Positions 11,179-21,116 are shown, numbered from the stretch's first letter. The stretch is 64,000 nucleotides of DNA from Bdellovibrionales bacterium (GCA_041690295.1 JAWLHR010000002.1:64001-128000), one strand, 5' to 3'. The notes: a model not told the origin generated them from the sequence alone. Translations and numbers: made by a program.

Positions 11179-11368
11179 GGGAGCGATGGGTGAGTGCATG
11201 AATGATTCACATCGATCAGACGAATTCTTTTTGTGAGACAGCTGAACTGAAAACCTCTTCGTCTTTATTGAGATGAGCCCCTTTGAAAACGGGAGCGATG
11301 GGTGAGTGCATGAATGATTCACATTGATCAGACGAAGTATTTTTGTGAGACACCTGAACTGAAAACCT
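11179..11368 (+). repeat. Two 78-bp direct repeats (11179-11256 and 11291-11368, 4 mismatches), each starting GGGAGCGATGG
   Basis: Direct alignment by eye; 112-bp period. Confidence 0.95.
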
Positions 11369-11414
11369 TTTGGCTATTGCAATGAGTTCCTCCGAACGGT
11401 GCGCACTTGAGAGC

Positions 11415-11502
11415 GGGAGCGATGGATGGCGTTTTCGTATGAGAATCGGTTGTGAGGGCGACGGATGGCGTTTTTATATGAGCATCTGTTGGGGAGCGAC
11501 GG
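11415..11502 (+). repeat. Degenerate ~39-bp tandem units starting with the GGGAGCGAYGG motif
   Basis: Motif at 11415, 11454 (GAGGGCGACGG) and 11492; the first two units share ATGGCGTTTT..TATGAG.ATC.GTTG. Confidence 0.85.
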
Positions 11503-11779
11503 AGTTTCTTGTTGGTGAAAACTCATCTGCGCGAAAGAGATGGGGCGCAGATAGGGTGTGCCGTCGTTCAATGTTTAAGAGCTTTATTCGTATATTTTTC
11601 GCATTTTGTTCGACATTGTAATTCGCCAAATCTTCTCATTCCAAAATCTGAGTGCGACATGAAAAGTCGCAAGGGAAATCCTCACGAAAAAATTCTTCGC
11701 GCGGCTTTCGACGAATTGTGACAAACAAAAAAAGTTGACACTTGTCGATTGACTGGGGAGCGATGGGTGGATAAAAAGC

Positions 11780-12334
11780 ATGGCCATGGCGAGACGGCGA
11801 GCAAAGCAACTAGAATTCATTGGGCGCGGGTTACAAAGACCGCGAAATGAGTTTGGCGGAAGTCTTCTTAAAGGAAATCCAAAAACCAAGCGGCCGCTCG
11901 ATTCGAAGCTTCCGATTCATGTTGTTTTGAGGGCGAGCCGAAGTGGGATGCGCTTGCCGAAAACAGTTGGGATCGTGAGCGAAATTCTTAAAGAAGCCAG
12001 CCGCAAATATGGTGTGACCGTTTACCGGTTCGCGAATGTCGGGAATCATCTTCACCTACTGATCAAAGTCAGTCGAATTCAAATGTGGGCTCCCTATATT
12101 CGGGAGTTATGCGGGCGCATCGCGCAGCAGGTTCGCGCGGTCATCGGGCTCGCGGCCGAAGAGCGTTTTTGGCTCTTTCGCCCATTCACGCGAATCGTAC
12201 GGGGGTGGCAGAAGGCGTTCAAGAGCGTGTGCGACTATGTTTATCTGAATCGATTAGAAGCGGAAGGCTTCATTTCACGAAAAGAAACGCGGACTCTAAA
12301 GGACTTGCGCGCCATCTGGTCTGATGGTGGATAA
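11780..12334 (+). mobile_element. HUH Y1 transposase-like protein (IS200 TnpA / RAYT family), copy 1
   Basis: IHVVLR, HUH motif NHLHL, putative catalytic Tyr in YVYLN; 184 aa; no tnpB nearby. Confidence 0.85.
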
Positions 12335-12583
12335 TGGCGAAACGAGTTCGCACTGAACGGGTAATTTCGATCATCGACCCGTTTCGTTCAAGGCGTGATT
12401 CGGTCTTAGACAAGTGTTTCAGATGAGTAAAAAGCGCGCGCTACCACGCCAATCTTAGATTTCGACCCAATCGCCGAACAAGAAAAAAACGGAGTGCCCA
12501 AAACTCGCCTAACCGAAATTAGGCCCGGCCACCGCGCCCGACCGGCGGCACACACCCACCACGCCAGAACGACCGGCGCCGCG

Positions 12584-13579
12584 CTATCGCGTCGTCGACG
12601 AGTTAGACGTCGCGCCCGCGCCAGAACCAGAATTCAGTCCGGCGGCGGCGACTTGGAGTAAACAGTCCTTGTCCTGGCAGCAAGAACTCATGCGGGTGAA
12701 GGGCAGACCGCCGCGGATGGTGTCGATCAGGTCGCCAGGTTCGGATGAACAGTAGTTGTCGTTCTGGTAAATGATCCGGCCTCTGTTGACTTTTCGATTG
12801 CAAAGCGGGCTTCCCGCGGACGCATTGACCGCCACGATGCGGCCTTCGCGATCGGTTTTCACGTCGTAGACAATGGAGCTGACCTTAACAGTCTTTAGAT
12901 CTCCCTTTTCGCCACATTTGAAATCGTCGATGATGCCCGCTTTCTTGGCGAGTTTGATGATGGAAGCGTCTGAATAAAAGGAACAGAAGGCGGCCGGTTG
13001 TCCTTGAGCCTTGCACTGTTCGCGGGAAAAATCGGGCACCACAGTGGTCATCACGGCACCGACGATGCCGACATAAGCGGCGACGGCGACCACGACCGGC
13101 GCAACGGCCGGCAGCGCGCGGGCTTCAGGCAAAAGGATCGAGAGCGGTCCTCTCGACAGCAGAAATTTTTTAATTATTAACCTCTCGATCTGCTCCACAT
13201 TTTTGGTGGCGCTGTTCTTTTCAAAATAAATATTTTCGCCACCCAACTTGATCAGGGTGCGGGGCTTGGTACTGACGGTCAGCTCAACCGGCTTAAGGCC
13301 GTTCACATGAATCGTGACTTTGTTCTTTTGAGTCACGAACTCAGGCATTTTCGCGTCCACGGCTTTACGTTGACGTGCGATATTGAGCAGTTCCTCACGG
13401 TAAGCCGGCAAAAGCCCTTCCGCCTCCGTGATGAAGTTTCCAATCGTGGTGGCGGCCTTGGCATGCAGAGCGGCCAATTGCACCACTTCCGTGTCCGAAA
13501 TCATGGGTGATCGTGCCTGAGCTTGGAACGCGGTCACGATCAAACAAAGAGTGATTGAGAAAATTCTCTTGGCGGTCAC
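12584..13579 (-). CDS. Secreted hypothetical protein with internal hydrophobic segment and Cys-rich C-terminus
   Basis: GTG at 13579 follows a GGAGG RBS; signal peptide ending AQA; last gene of the pilin/speE-like operon. Confidence 0.7.
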   Translation of the reverse strand: MTAKRIFSITLCLIVTAFQAQARSPMISDTEVVQLAALHAKAATTIGNFITEAEGLLPAYREELLNIARQRKAVDAKMPEFVTQKNKVTIHVNGLKPVELTVSTKPRTLIKLGGENIYFEKNSATKNVEQIERLIIKKFLLSRGPLSILLPEARALPAVAPVVVAVAAYVGIVGAVMTTVVPDFSREQCKAQGQPAAFCSFYSDASIIKLAKKAGIIDDFKCGEKGDLKTVKVSSIVYDVKTDREGRIVAVNASAGSPLCNRKVNRGRIIYQNDNYCSSEPGDLIDTIRGGLPFTRMSSCCQDKDCLLQVAAAGLNSGSGAGATSNSSTTR

Positions 13580-13635
13580 GGCCCCTCCCTGTTTTTTCAT
13601 TCTAAAGTCATTCCGGATTTTTGCAACCGTCCGCC

Positions 13636-15828
13636 TTAGGGATAAAAAATGCGCTCCCAACCCGGTCCTTTGACATAGGATCGGGGATGAATCAGGAATT
13701 CATCGCGAACACGACTTTGCCACGGCCGCAGGGCCGAGGAATGAACTGGTGGAGGAATGCGGCCAACAGCGAATTGGCGCCAAACGATCTGGCCGTTTAA
13801 ATTTTCGGCATTTACATTCCATCGGTTGATATCCTGAAAATCCCGATGAAGACGCAAGACCTCGACTTCCCGCCCGCCTTCATACCGGTGGACGTGAATC
13901 CCGCCGTTCTCCCAACGGTGAAATTCGGCGAAAGAGAGGTCCGCGGCCCAAGTCACACCAAACCAATCAGCCAATGCCGGTGTCATATGAAAGGCCGCCG
14001 TCCAAGCGCGCCTTAAATCCCCAGGATTCTCTCGATCGAACCATTGATAAATTGGAGTCACGATATCCCGATCCGAACGCGCTTCAAATCCCCACTGAAA
14101 ACGGGGCCAAGAATCGTCAGTGAAATCCCGGGGAACCTCGATCGCCGTTTCCCAATATTGTCTGACCTCCACCGGCCAAGAATCGTCGAATTCGCGCCAC
14201 TTCTCATCAAAGCGGTGAAGAAACAAAGGAAGGAAATCCGGATTCTCCCCATGACGAATCCGACGAGCGGCATCGGACGGCTCACATTCCGCCTCGGCTT
14301 TGTCCTTAAACCGGATGGGAAACAAAACGCTATTTACTTTGCCGGGCGTGGATGACATTTGCTCAAGGGTGGATTGACGCGAAATCAGATTCATCAAAGT
14401 TTGATTATCCACGCGGGGAAATAGCGTTCGATAGTCAAAACTCAACTCATGATCGGTGGAAGCGGCGATAAAAAAATCCTCGGTGCCGAAAGCAAAAAGC
14501 TTCGCCAACCCTGCGGCTTTTAAGGTCGAAATCAAATGGGGAAGCGGATCGGACGCTGAATCCGGTAAAGGGAAATCCAGCGCAATGATCCCATCGGCGG
14601 CCAGCCGCTTTCGAACCCAGGAATAAAACTCCTTGGTGTAAAGCAGGCTGAGCTCGTAAGTCGCCGGGAAAGGGAAATCGATCAGGATCAATTCATAGTT
14701 CGGCCCTTCTTCGCGCACGAACTGAGCGGCATCGCCGATATGCACATGAACCCGGGCATCGCTTAATGAACCACCATTCAGCTTTCGCAACTCAAATTGG
14801 TTGCGGCCAAGTTCGATCATTCGGGGATCGATCTCCACGAGATCAATGCGTCGGATGTCGTTGTGACGAAGAAGGACCCGCGCGAGAAGTCCATCGCCGC
14901 CCCCTAAAATCAAAACCCGCTCCGGCGTTTTTCGTAAAAGATTGATCGCGCCTTCCGCCAGGCTTTCGTGATAACGAAGCCATTGACCGGAGCTGAGCTG
15001 GAGTTTGCGATCTAAATAAAGCTGAAAATCCTGGCGGCCCTGAACTAGTGAGCTGAACTCGGGCGGTAAAATGTCTATCCATTGATAAGCGCTTCGCACG
15101 CGCAACGGCAAATCCAGCTTGCGCAGTAAATTCACTGCGCCCGTGAAATCCGCGGAGCTGGAAATTTTCGCCGGAAAATAAATCATTCGCAGGTGAACTT
15201 GGTTAAGTATCGGACCGACCAAAAAGACTCCAAGCAACGCGAGAGAAAAAAAAGCATGCAGAGTCACCACGAAACGCGTGCGATCGAAAATCAAAAGCCA
15301 ACAGGAAACGATAAAATTAATTAATCCCAAAGCCAATGCGGTGTTCGTCACATCCATGGCGGGCACCACAACCGCCGGAATCAGTACGGTGGCGGCGAAG
15401 GCCCCCAAATAATTGGCGCAAAAGAGGTGACCGGGACGATGACGGTGAGCCAAGCGAAGAAGAAGCGGCAGTTCAAAGCCGGTCAAAGCTCCGATCATCA
15501 AGATGACCGATCCAGCCAGAATGTACAAAAGGGGCGTCCAACCCACGAAGGACGCGGTCGCTTCGAACAAGCCGATGGCAAAAACAGAAAGAGCGCCGAT
15601 AAGACTTAAGATCCATTCGATGAAAATCAAGTTCGTCCAAGTGGAACGAACGCGGTCACTCCAAAGACCGCCCAAACCCATGCCGGTTAGAAAAATTCCC
15701 AGCGTGAGCGCCTGACTGAAAACGAAATCACCCGTGGAGTCGCTTAAAGTCAGCGCCAGGATTTGTTGGTATCCCAAGCTGCAAAAGCTCAGAAGAAAGG
15801 CTAAAGCGTAAGGCGATAACTGAGCCAT
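13636..15828 (-). CDS. Membrane-fused spermidine-synthase-like SAM/dcSAM-dependent transferase with C-terminal extension
   Basis: Multi-TM N-terminus (LTGFELPLL), SAYQWI, YHESL, ILGGGDG, VEIDP, IGDA, DFPFP and LYTKEFY motifs. Confidence 0.85.
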   Translation of the reverse strand: MAQLSPYALAFLLSFCSLGYQQILALTLSDSTGDFVFSQALTLGIFLTGMGLGGLWSDRVRSTWTNLIFIEWILSLIGALSVFAIGLFEATASFVGWTPLLYILAGSVILMIGALTGFELPLLLRLAHRHRPGHLFCANYLGAFAATVLIPAVVVPAMDVTNTALALGLINFIVSCWLLIFDRTRFVVTLHAFFSLALLGVFLVGPILNQVHLRMIYFPAKISSSADFTGAVNLLRKLDLPLRVRSAYQWIDILPPEFSSLVQGRQDFQLYLDRKLQLSSGQWLRYHESLAEGAINLLRKTPERVLILGGGDGLLARVLLRHNDIRRIDLVEIDPRMIELGRNQFELRKLNGGSLSDARVHVHIGDAAQFVREEGPNYELILIDFPFPATYELSLLYTKEFYSWVRKRLAADGIIALDFPLPDSASDPLPHLISTLKAAGLAKLFAFGTEDFFIAASTDHELSFDYRTLFPRVDNQTLMNLISRQSTLEQMSSTPGKVNSVLFPIRFKDKAEAECEPSDAARRIRHGENPDFLPLFLHRFDEKWREFDDSWPVEVRQYWETAIEVPRDFTDDSWPRFQWGFEARSDRDIVTPIYQWFDRENPGDLRRAWTAAFHMTPALADWFGVTWAADLSFAEFHRWENGGIHVHRYEGGREVEVLRLHRDFQDINRWNVNAENLNGQIVWRQFAVGRIPPPVHSSALRPWQSRVRDEFLIHPRSYVKGPGWERIFYP

Positions 15829-16415
15829 TCACGCAAACCTGGTTCTAAGAAAATTCCAGTCATCAAGAGCAAAGGGAGTAAATAATGGGCCGGACCCGCG
15901 CGTCCAAGACTCAGCCGAACAAGCGAATTTAAAAATGCGGTGGAAAAAAGTGTGGTTAACACTCCGAAATAGGGGAGGAGCAGGAGCGGAAAAAGAAAGC
16001 ACGCCATCAACATTCCCGCGTAATCGGCGGAGAGGATCATGGCCGCGCTGGCCCGCGATTTCAATTTCATTAAAAAAGGCAACTCCATTCCGGTCAAAAT
16101 TCCGATCGTGATCATCGCGGAATAAGCGAGAAGCCGCGCCATGAGCATTTGATTGAAGGCGGCGGCCAGCCACACCCCGATCACCGCGAGCGGAGCCATC
16201 ACGCTGATCCAAACCTGGCAGCGGCCGAGAATCACGCGCGGGGATTGAAAACGCTCGGATAAATGGGCGCCCAACCCCATGAAACAAAGAAAAAGCCCGA
16301 TCGTGAGCCCGTACTGGACAACCGAATTGCCGAAGAGAACCGATAAGGTTTGTGCGAAAACAAACTCATAAATGACGCCGCAAAAACCGAGAATCGCGGA
16401 AAGAGCTATTGGCAT
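15801..16415 (-). CDS. Stand-alone membrane domain paralogous to the speE-like N-terminus
   Basis: GFCGVIYE, TIGLFLCFMGLGA, LTGMELP and SADYAG motifs; ATG at 16415 overlaps the upstream gene. Confidence 0.8.
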   Translation of the reverse strand: MPIALSAILGFCGVIYEFVFAQTLSVLFGNSVVQYGLTIGLFLCFMGLGAHLSERFQSPRVILGRCQVWISVMAPLAVIGVWLAAAFNQMLMARLLAYSAMITIGILTGMELPFLMKLKSRASAAMILSADYAGMLMACFLFPLLLLPYFGVLTTLFSTAFLNSLVRLSLGRAGPAHYLLPLLLMTGIFLEPGLREWLSYRLTL

Positions 16416-17254
16416 AACTGGCAAAGGTAGGTGTTCTTCAATTCCGGAGTGAATCGACTGTGGCCTTGTTGGGACAAATCGGAAAGAAAGGAATCGCCGA
16501 AAATTTTTCCGCACTGTTTTTTGTCGGTGACCGAACCGGCGATTCGGCAATTGGCGACCGGCGTGACCTTTGTGGCTTGGCGGCGAACGGTTCGTAAGGA
16601 CATCCGGCAACTCATGTGATACGGATCGGTGCCCGGAACGAAATACCCGCCAAGATCGTTACAGAGTGAAGCGGCCGACTGTCGGCCGAAACAAGCGGTG
16701 ATTTCCTTCGTGTCCTCGACCACCCAGACATAAAACGGAATGCCGGAGCTTTGCCGGCCTTCTTCATCAAAGCGCACATCGCCGGAGGTATCCAGCGCTT
16801 CTCCGTTCGGTTTGGCGAAGCCCAGGTGCAAATGGGCGGGATACCGTTCAAGCTGCACCAAGACGCCGTGGGAATCGATGATTTCGGTGCGCATGTCGTG
16901 GACCGCGGTGGTTTCGAGTTTTAAGGCGGAGAGATAGAGTGATTGTGTGACAGGCAACCCGGCGCTGAGAAATTTATTTTCCACGCCATCGTCGTAGACA
17001 TACTTCAAGGCCACATCGGCGGCTTGTCCCGGAGTGATGATTTCACCGCTTAAGGCGGCGGTGCAGGTTTCAGGAATCTCAAGCCGCGTGGCGATGGTGT
17101 GACTGACGAGTTCGGATTCGGAAACCAGCGCGGAATCGCGGCTGCGTTTCAAGTTCAGCTGCGAGCGATTCCAGAGTTCCACCGTGACCGCGGCCATTAC
17201 GGCTAAAAGTCCGAGAGCCAGAATTTTGGTGTTTCCACGTTGTGAAAAAATCAT
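16406..17254 (-). CDS. Atypical prepilin/minor-pilin-like protein, Cys-rich
   Basis: MIFSQRG followed by a hydrophobic helix; ATGA overlap with upstream gene; 8 Cys; shares TCTAA with its neighbour. Confidence 0.6.
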   Translation of the reverse strand: MIFSQRGNTKILALGLLAVMAAVTVELWNRSQLNLKRSRDSALVSESELVSHTIATRLEIPETCTAALSGEIITPGQAADVALKYVYDDGVENKFLSAGLPVTQSLYLSALKLETTAVHDMRTEIIDSHGVLVQLERYPAHLHLGFAKPNGEALDTSGDVRFDEEGRQSSGIPFYVWVVEDTKEITACFGRQSAASLCNDLGGYFVPGTDPYHMSCRMSLRTVRRQATKVTPVANCRIAGSVTDKKQCGKIFGDSFLSDLSQQGHSRFTPELKNTYLCQLCQ

Positions 17255-18102
17255 GTCCCTGGACACCGAAAACATTGCACTACAGCATCATACGTGAGGC
17301 GATCACAACCTTTCACGCAAACGGTATTGATGTTCACCGCGCCCGCCGACACCGGTGTGTATCCGGCGGGACATGAGCAATCTCCCGTCGCGGGATTGAT
17401 ATCGCCGGGCCCGCAGGTTCCCAAACGGCGCGCGGTGTAGGCTCCACCATAAAGACAGGCGTTGGTCATCACACACTGAGGCGGCACGCTTCCCACATCC
17501 CAGCGATATCCCATCGCTTGGCAGGCATCGCCGATATTGATTTCGTTGTTACACATTTCGATCGCTTTGCTTTTCGTGTTGTAGAGCACCGGAACTTCCA
17601 GGAATCTGGGCCTGAACCGTGAGTCATCCGACGTGTTCTTCACCACCAGTTTGATCTTGGCGAGATGACGCCGAACCGTTTGCTCGCTCACTCGGCCCGA
17701 GGAATCCGCCACACCAATTTTAAATTCGATCGGTTCCGGAGTCTGATCCTCAATGGTGAGCTCGTCGATCTCCATCGAGTCGCCAGCGAATTTGAAGCCT
17801 TTTTTAATGGCCACATTCACTTGACCGGCATAGCTGGTGTTGATCTCCAAATCGCCCTTACCGCCGATGGGAAAGGGCAATCCATGAAACGCGGCCGTGC
17901 ACGTGGAATCGGATGAAATCACACTCTTCAAATAAGAGGTGAACTCACTCAGCGCATCCCGGTCCGTGACTTGGCGCTGTCCGCGAATAACACCACTGAT
18001 GATTGTCGTGACCATCACGGCGATCAAGCCGCCGATCGCGATGGCGATGAGTGTTCCCGTGAAACTGAAGCCGGAATCGGAAAAAGATCTTCTTTGAATC
18101 AC
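17251..18102 (-). CDS. Type IV prepilin-like protein (no Glu at +5) with Cys-rich tip domain
   Basis: SG|FSFTGTLIAIAIGG class III-like signal; 12 Cys; NPATGDCSCPAGY. Confidence 0.7.
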   Translation of the reverse strand: MIQRRSFSDSGFSFTGTLIAIAIGGLIAVMVTTIISGVIRGQRQVTDRDALSEFTSYLKSVISSDSTCTAAFHGLPFPIGGKGDLEINTSYAGQVNVAIKKGFKFAGDSMEIDELTIEDQTPEPIEFKIGVADSSGRVSEQTVRRHLAKIKLVVKNTSDDSRFRPRFLEVPVLYNTKSKAIEMCNNEINIGDACQAMGYRWDVGSVPPQCVMTNACLYGGAYTARRLGTCGPGDINPATGDCSCPAGYTPVSAGAVNINTVCVKGCDRLTYDAVVQCFRCPGT

Positions 18103-18140
18103 TCCACTAGGATATTCTTATCAAGGAGATCAAGTACAGT

Positions 18141-18851
18141 ATGAATTCGTTAAACAAACATGTACCGACAATCGTATTTATCATCGGCTTATCCCTGTTG
18201 ATCTTCTCGATCCGCACCTTTTTTAATCCTTCAACATTGCCGCACATGACGCCAATCGTAAATCGCTCTCTCCCGGAGAATGCGCCGGCGACGGCACCGA
18301 CCACTCCAGAGGCCTTGAAGCCGAAGAAGCCGGCCGCGATTGTTTTTCGTCCAAATGTGAAACCTCCGCCGTCAGTGGGGCGTCTGGATCCGCGCGAAGA
18401 GTTGATCCGAGCGATGAAAAAGGTCGCGGAAGATTATTTCGGTCAATTCAAGCTACGCGTTAATATTCCCGATGGCTTCGCCTTCGCCGAGGAAAGTGAT
18501 GGACCGGTGAAGGTGTTGATTGGTGCCAGCGAGCCGGGGAAAAATGATTTTTATTTCTTTTCCGCCAAGGGAAAATATCTTCCGGATCGGGCGGTGGGTT
18601 ATTTGCGCGAGTACTTTTCCGATCAAGCTTCGGTTTCAATTAAAGGAAAGCCGCAACCCTTCTACAGCCGAAACGAATTCAAGGACCTGCGGCGGATTAA
18701 CGGCGTGATCGGCAAGGGCACGGAATTCCAAGCGTACTATTTCACCAATGCCAAAACCAATCACACTCACATGCTGGTCTTAACCAATCGGTTGTACCTC
18801 AGATCACAAGCGAGGGTGAGGGCGTTGATCGATTCGATCAGCCGGCGCTAG
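18141..18851 (+). CDS. Membrane-anchored hypothetical protein
   Basis: AGGAG RBS, N-terminal TM, Pro-rich linker. Confidence 0.65.
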   Translation: MNSLNKHVPTIVFIIGLSLLIFSIRTFFNPSTLPHMTPIVNRSLPENAPATAPTTPEALKPKKPAAIVFRPNVKPPPSVGRLDPREELIRAMKKVAEDYFGQFKLRVNIPDGFAFAEESDGPVKVLIGASEPGKNDFYFFSAKGKYLPDRAVGYLREYFSDQASVSIKGKPQPFYSRNEFKDLRRINGVIGKGTEFQAYYFTNAKTNHTHMLVLTNRLYLRSQARVRALIDSISRR

Positions 18852-18853
18852 GG

Positions 18854-19300
18854 TTAGTGGGTCTGTTCTTTTTGTTTCAGGATCTCCGCCAGTTCCCGGA
18901 GTTCTTTCATAATGGCGCCGAGTTCGTCATTTTTCCTTAAGCTTCGCTGAATGTCGTAATTGCCTTTTTTTAATTCCTGAATGTAGGAGCAAATCGCCAA
19001 AACCGGACCGCCCACGCGCTGCCCAAGCACGATCATGTAAAACACCGTTGAAACCATGAAGGCGGTAAAACAAAGAAAAAATAAAACTCCCACTGTGAGC
19101 AGACGGTCTTGAATGCCGTTCACCATTTCCAGATCCGGCAAGGTGGCCACGACGGCCTGAACTTCGTTAAGCAGTCGGGAAACATACACCATGACGATTC
19201 CTAAAAAGGCGACGCCGCCGGCGAACATGTGAAGATAATAACTTTTGCTGAGACCCGAGACTTTCAGATAATTCGAAAACTTGCGTTGATCCTTCGCCAT
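18854..19300 (-). CDS. Two-TM HAMP-domain protein
   Basis: Two hydrophobic helices, then GPV...LRKNDELGAIMKEL. Confidence 0.7.
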   Translation of the reverse strand: MAKDQRKFSNYLKVSGLSKSYYLHMFAGGVAFLGIVMVYVSRLLNEVQAVVATLPDLEMVNGIQDRLLTVGVLFFLCFTAFMVSTVFYMIVLGQRVGGPVLAICSYIQELKKGNYDIQRSLRKNDELGAIMKELRELAEILKQKEQTH

Positions 19301-19421
19301 AACGCCACCCCAGTTCTTGCTTCATTGTGGTCGATCACGCCCGCGAAGACAACCGGAGTGAAATTCTTAAGCCAATCGATACAGAGCACGCTCATCGCGC
19401 GCGAAGATGTTACATAATATT

Positions 19422-21116
19422 TCAGGTCGATTCCGCGATCAGCTGCCGCGCGTGTTCCAAGCTGGCCGGTGAAATTTTCTCGCCGGAAATCAGGCGCGCG
19501 ATTTCCCGGACTCGATCTTCGCGGGACAGTTCATGGACGGTCATTTTGACGTTTCCACGCTGAGTGGATTTTTCGATCAGGAAATGTTGATCGGCGAAAC
19601 TGGCCACCTGCGGAAGATGGGTGATGCAGATGAGTTGTTGGCCTTTGGCGATGGCTTTTAACTTTTTGCCGACTTTTTCCGCGGTGGGGCCGCTCACGCC
19701 TGTATCAACTTCGTCGAAAAGATAAGTGCGCGGCCGGTCAGAAGCGCCCACCACACGTTTCAACGCCAAGAGAATCCGGCTCAATTCACCGCCGCTGGCG
19801 ATTTTGGCCAGTGGTTTGGGGTGATCTTTCTTTGAAGTTTGCAAGAGAAATTCAACGTCACTGCGGCCGCTGGGACCAAGGGATTCTTCGCGGTCCACAC
19901 GGACGGAGAAAATAACTCCCTTCATGTTGAGATCACTTAACTCGTCATTAACCCCGGACGTCAGAAGCTCAGCGCCGGATTTGCGCCGTTCATGCAGGTC
20001 ATTGGCGATTTTCATTAAATCGGACTCAAGTTGCGCGCTCTCCTCTTGAAGGGCCCGCAGGTTTTCTTCGGATCGCTCGAGGGAATCGATTTCTTCTTCA
20101 ATGCGGCGTTTGGTGGCGAGAATTTCTTCGACAGTCGTGCCGTATTTTTTCTGAAGCTTTCGGAACTGGCTCAACCGTTCTTCCATTTGATTGAGCGATT
20201 CAGGGTCGATCTCCAGGCCGCGACCGTATTGGCGCAACTCAAAAGTGCCTTCTTCCAAAAGGGCTTTGGCATCGCGAAGACTTTGCAGCCGATTCGGGAG
20301 CGAGGGATCAATCGCCGCCAGCTCAGAGCCGCGCTGAAGGACCTGATGTAAAATAACCAGCGCCGCCGCGTCGCTGGCGTAAAGCGAGTTCACACTTTGC
20401 TCAACGAACTCGGCCAAGCGAGCCGAGTGCCGAGCCCGCGTGACCATGGATTCCAGATCGGTCTCCTCGCCGGGCTGTAAGCCAAGGCCCGCGATTTCGT
20501 CCCGTTGAAAGGTCAAGAAATCCAGGCGCTGTTCCCGTGTGCGATCGGCCTCTTCGCGGTCTTTTATCTCTTTTTGTATTTCCAGATAGCGGGAAAATTT
20601 CTTTTCAAACTCGTGGCGCGTGGGCCAGGTGCCCGAGTAATGATCGAGCAAATCCAGATGATACGCTTTGGATTGAAGGTGGCGGTTGTCATGTTGGCCG
20701 GTCATTTCGATCAACGGAGTTTGCCGCCCGGTTAACGTGATCAGCGGCGCCACAATCGCCCGCAAAGAAGACAGCGGACTCAAAGCTCCGTTCAGATAAA
20801 CTTTGCCTTTCCCTTGCTGGGAGATAATCCGCCGAACGACCAGGGATTCGTCGCTGGTTTCCAGTCCCAGCTCATCCATGGATTCAATAACATCCGGGCG
20901 TTGGCTCAAATCAAAAAATCCCTCGATCACGGCCTGATCAACACCGCTTCGGACCACGTCGGCCTCGGCTTTTTCACCCATTAAGAGGCTTAGGGTTTTA
21001 AGTAAAATGGATTTACCGGCGCCGGTCTCTCCACTCAAAATATTGAGACCGGGTTTGAATGAGAGGGTTAAATTTTCGATGATCGCGAAGTTTTTGACTT
21101 TAAGCTCTATGAGCAT
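19422..21116 (-). CDS. recN: DNA repair protein RecN
   Basis: KNFAII, GETGAGKS, ASGGELSR, FDEVDTG and ITHLPQVA motifs. Confidence 0.97.
   Translation of the reverse strand: MLIELKVKNFAIIENLTLSFKPGLNILSGETGAGKSILLKTLSLLMGEKAEADVVRSGVDQAVIEGFFDLSQRPDVIESMDELGLETSDESLVVRRIISQQGKGKVYLNGALSPLSSLRAIVAPLITLTGRQTPLIEMTGQHDNRHLQSKAYHLDLLDHYSGTWPTRHEFEKKFSRYLEIQKEIKDREEADRTREQRLDFLTFQRDEIAGLGLQPGEETDLESMVTRARHSARLAEFVEQSVNSLYASDAAALVILHQVLQRGSELAAIDPSLPNRLQSLRDAKALLEEGTFELRQYGRGLEIDPESLNQMEERLSQFRKLQKKYGTTVEEILATKRRIEEEIDSLERSEENLRALQEESAQLESDLMKIANDLHERRKSGAELLTSGVNDELSDLNMKGVIFSVRVDREESLGPSGRSDVEFLLQTSKKDHPKPLAKIASGGELSRILLALKRVVGASDRPRTYLFDEVDTGVSGPTAEKVGKKLKAIAKGQQLICITHLPQVASFADQHFLIEKSTQRGNVKMTVHELSREDRVREIARLISGEKISPASLEHARQLIAEST

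Noticed and set aside
10977..11721. Short ORFs in the region upstream of RAYT copy 1
   Set aside because: They overlap the repeat array, lack convincing RBS or motifs and are likely spurious
11179..11766. CRISPR array
   Set aside because: The conserved unit is only ~11 bp, spacing is irregular (112, 124, 39, 38, 264), spacers are duplicated and there are no cas genes
11780..12334. IS605-type element with TnpB/omegaRNA
   Set aside because: No TnpB or IscB ORF next to either HUH gene
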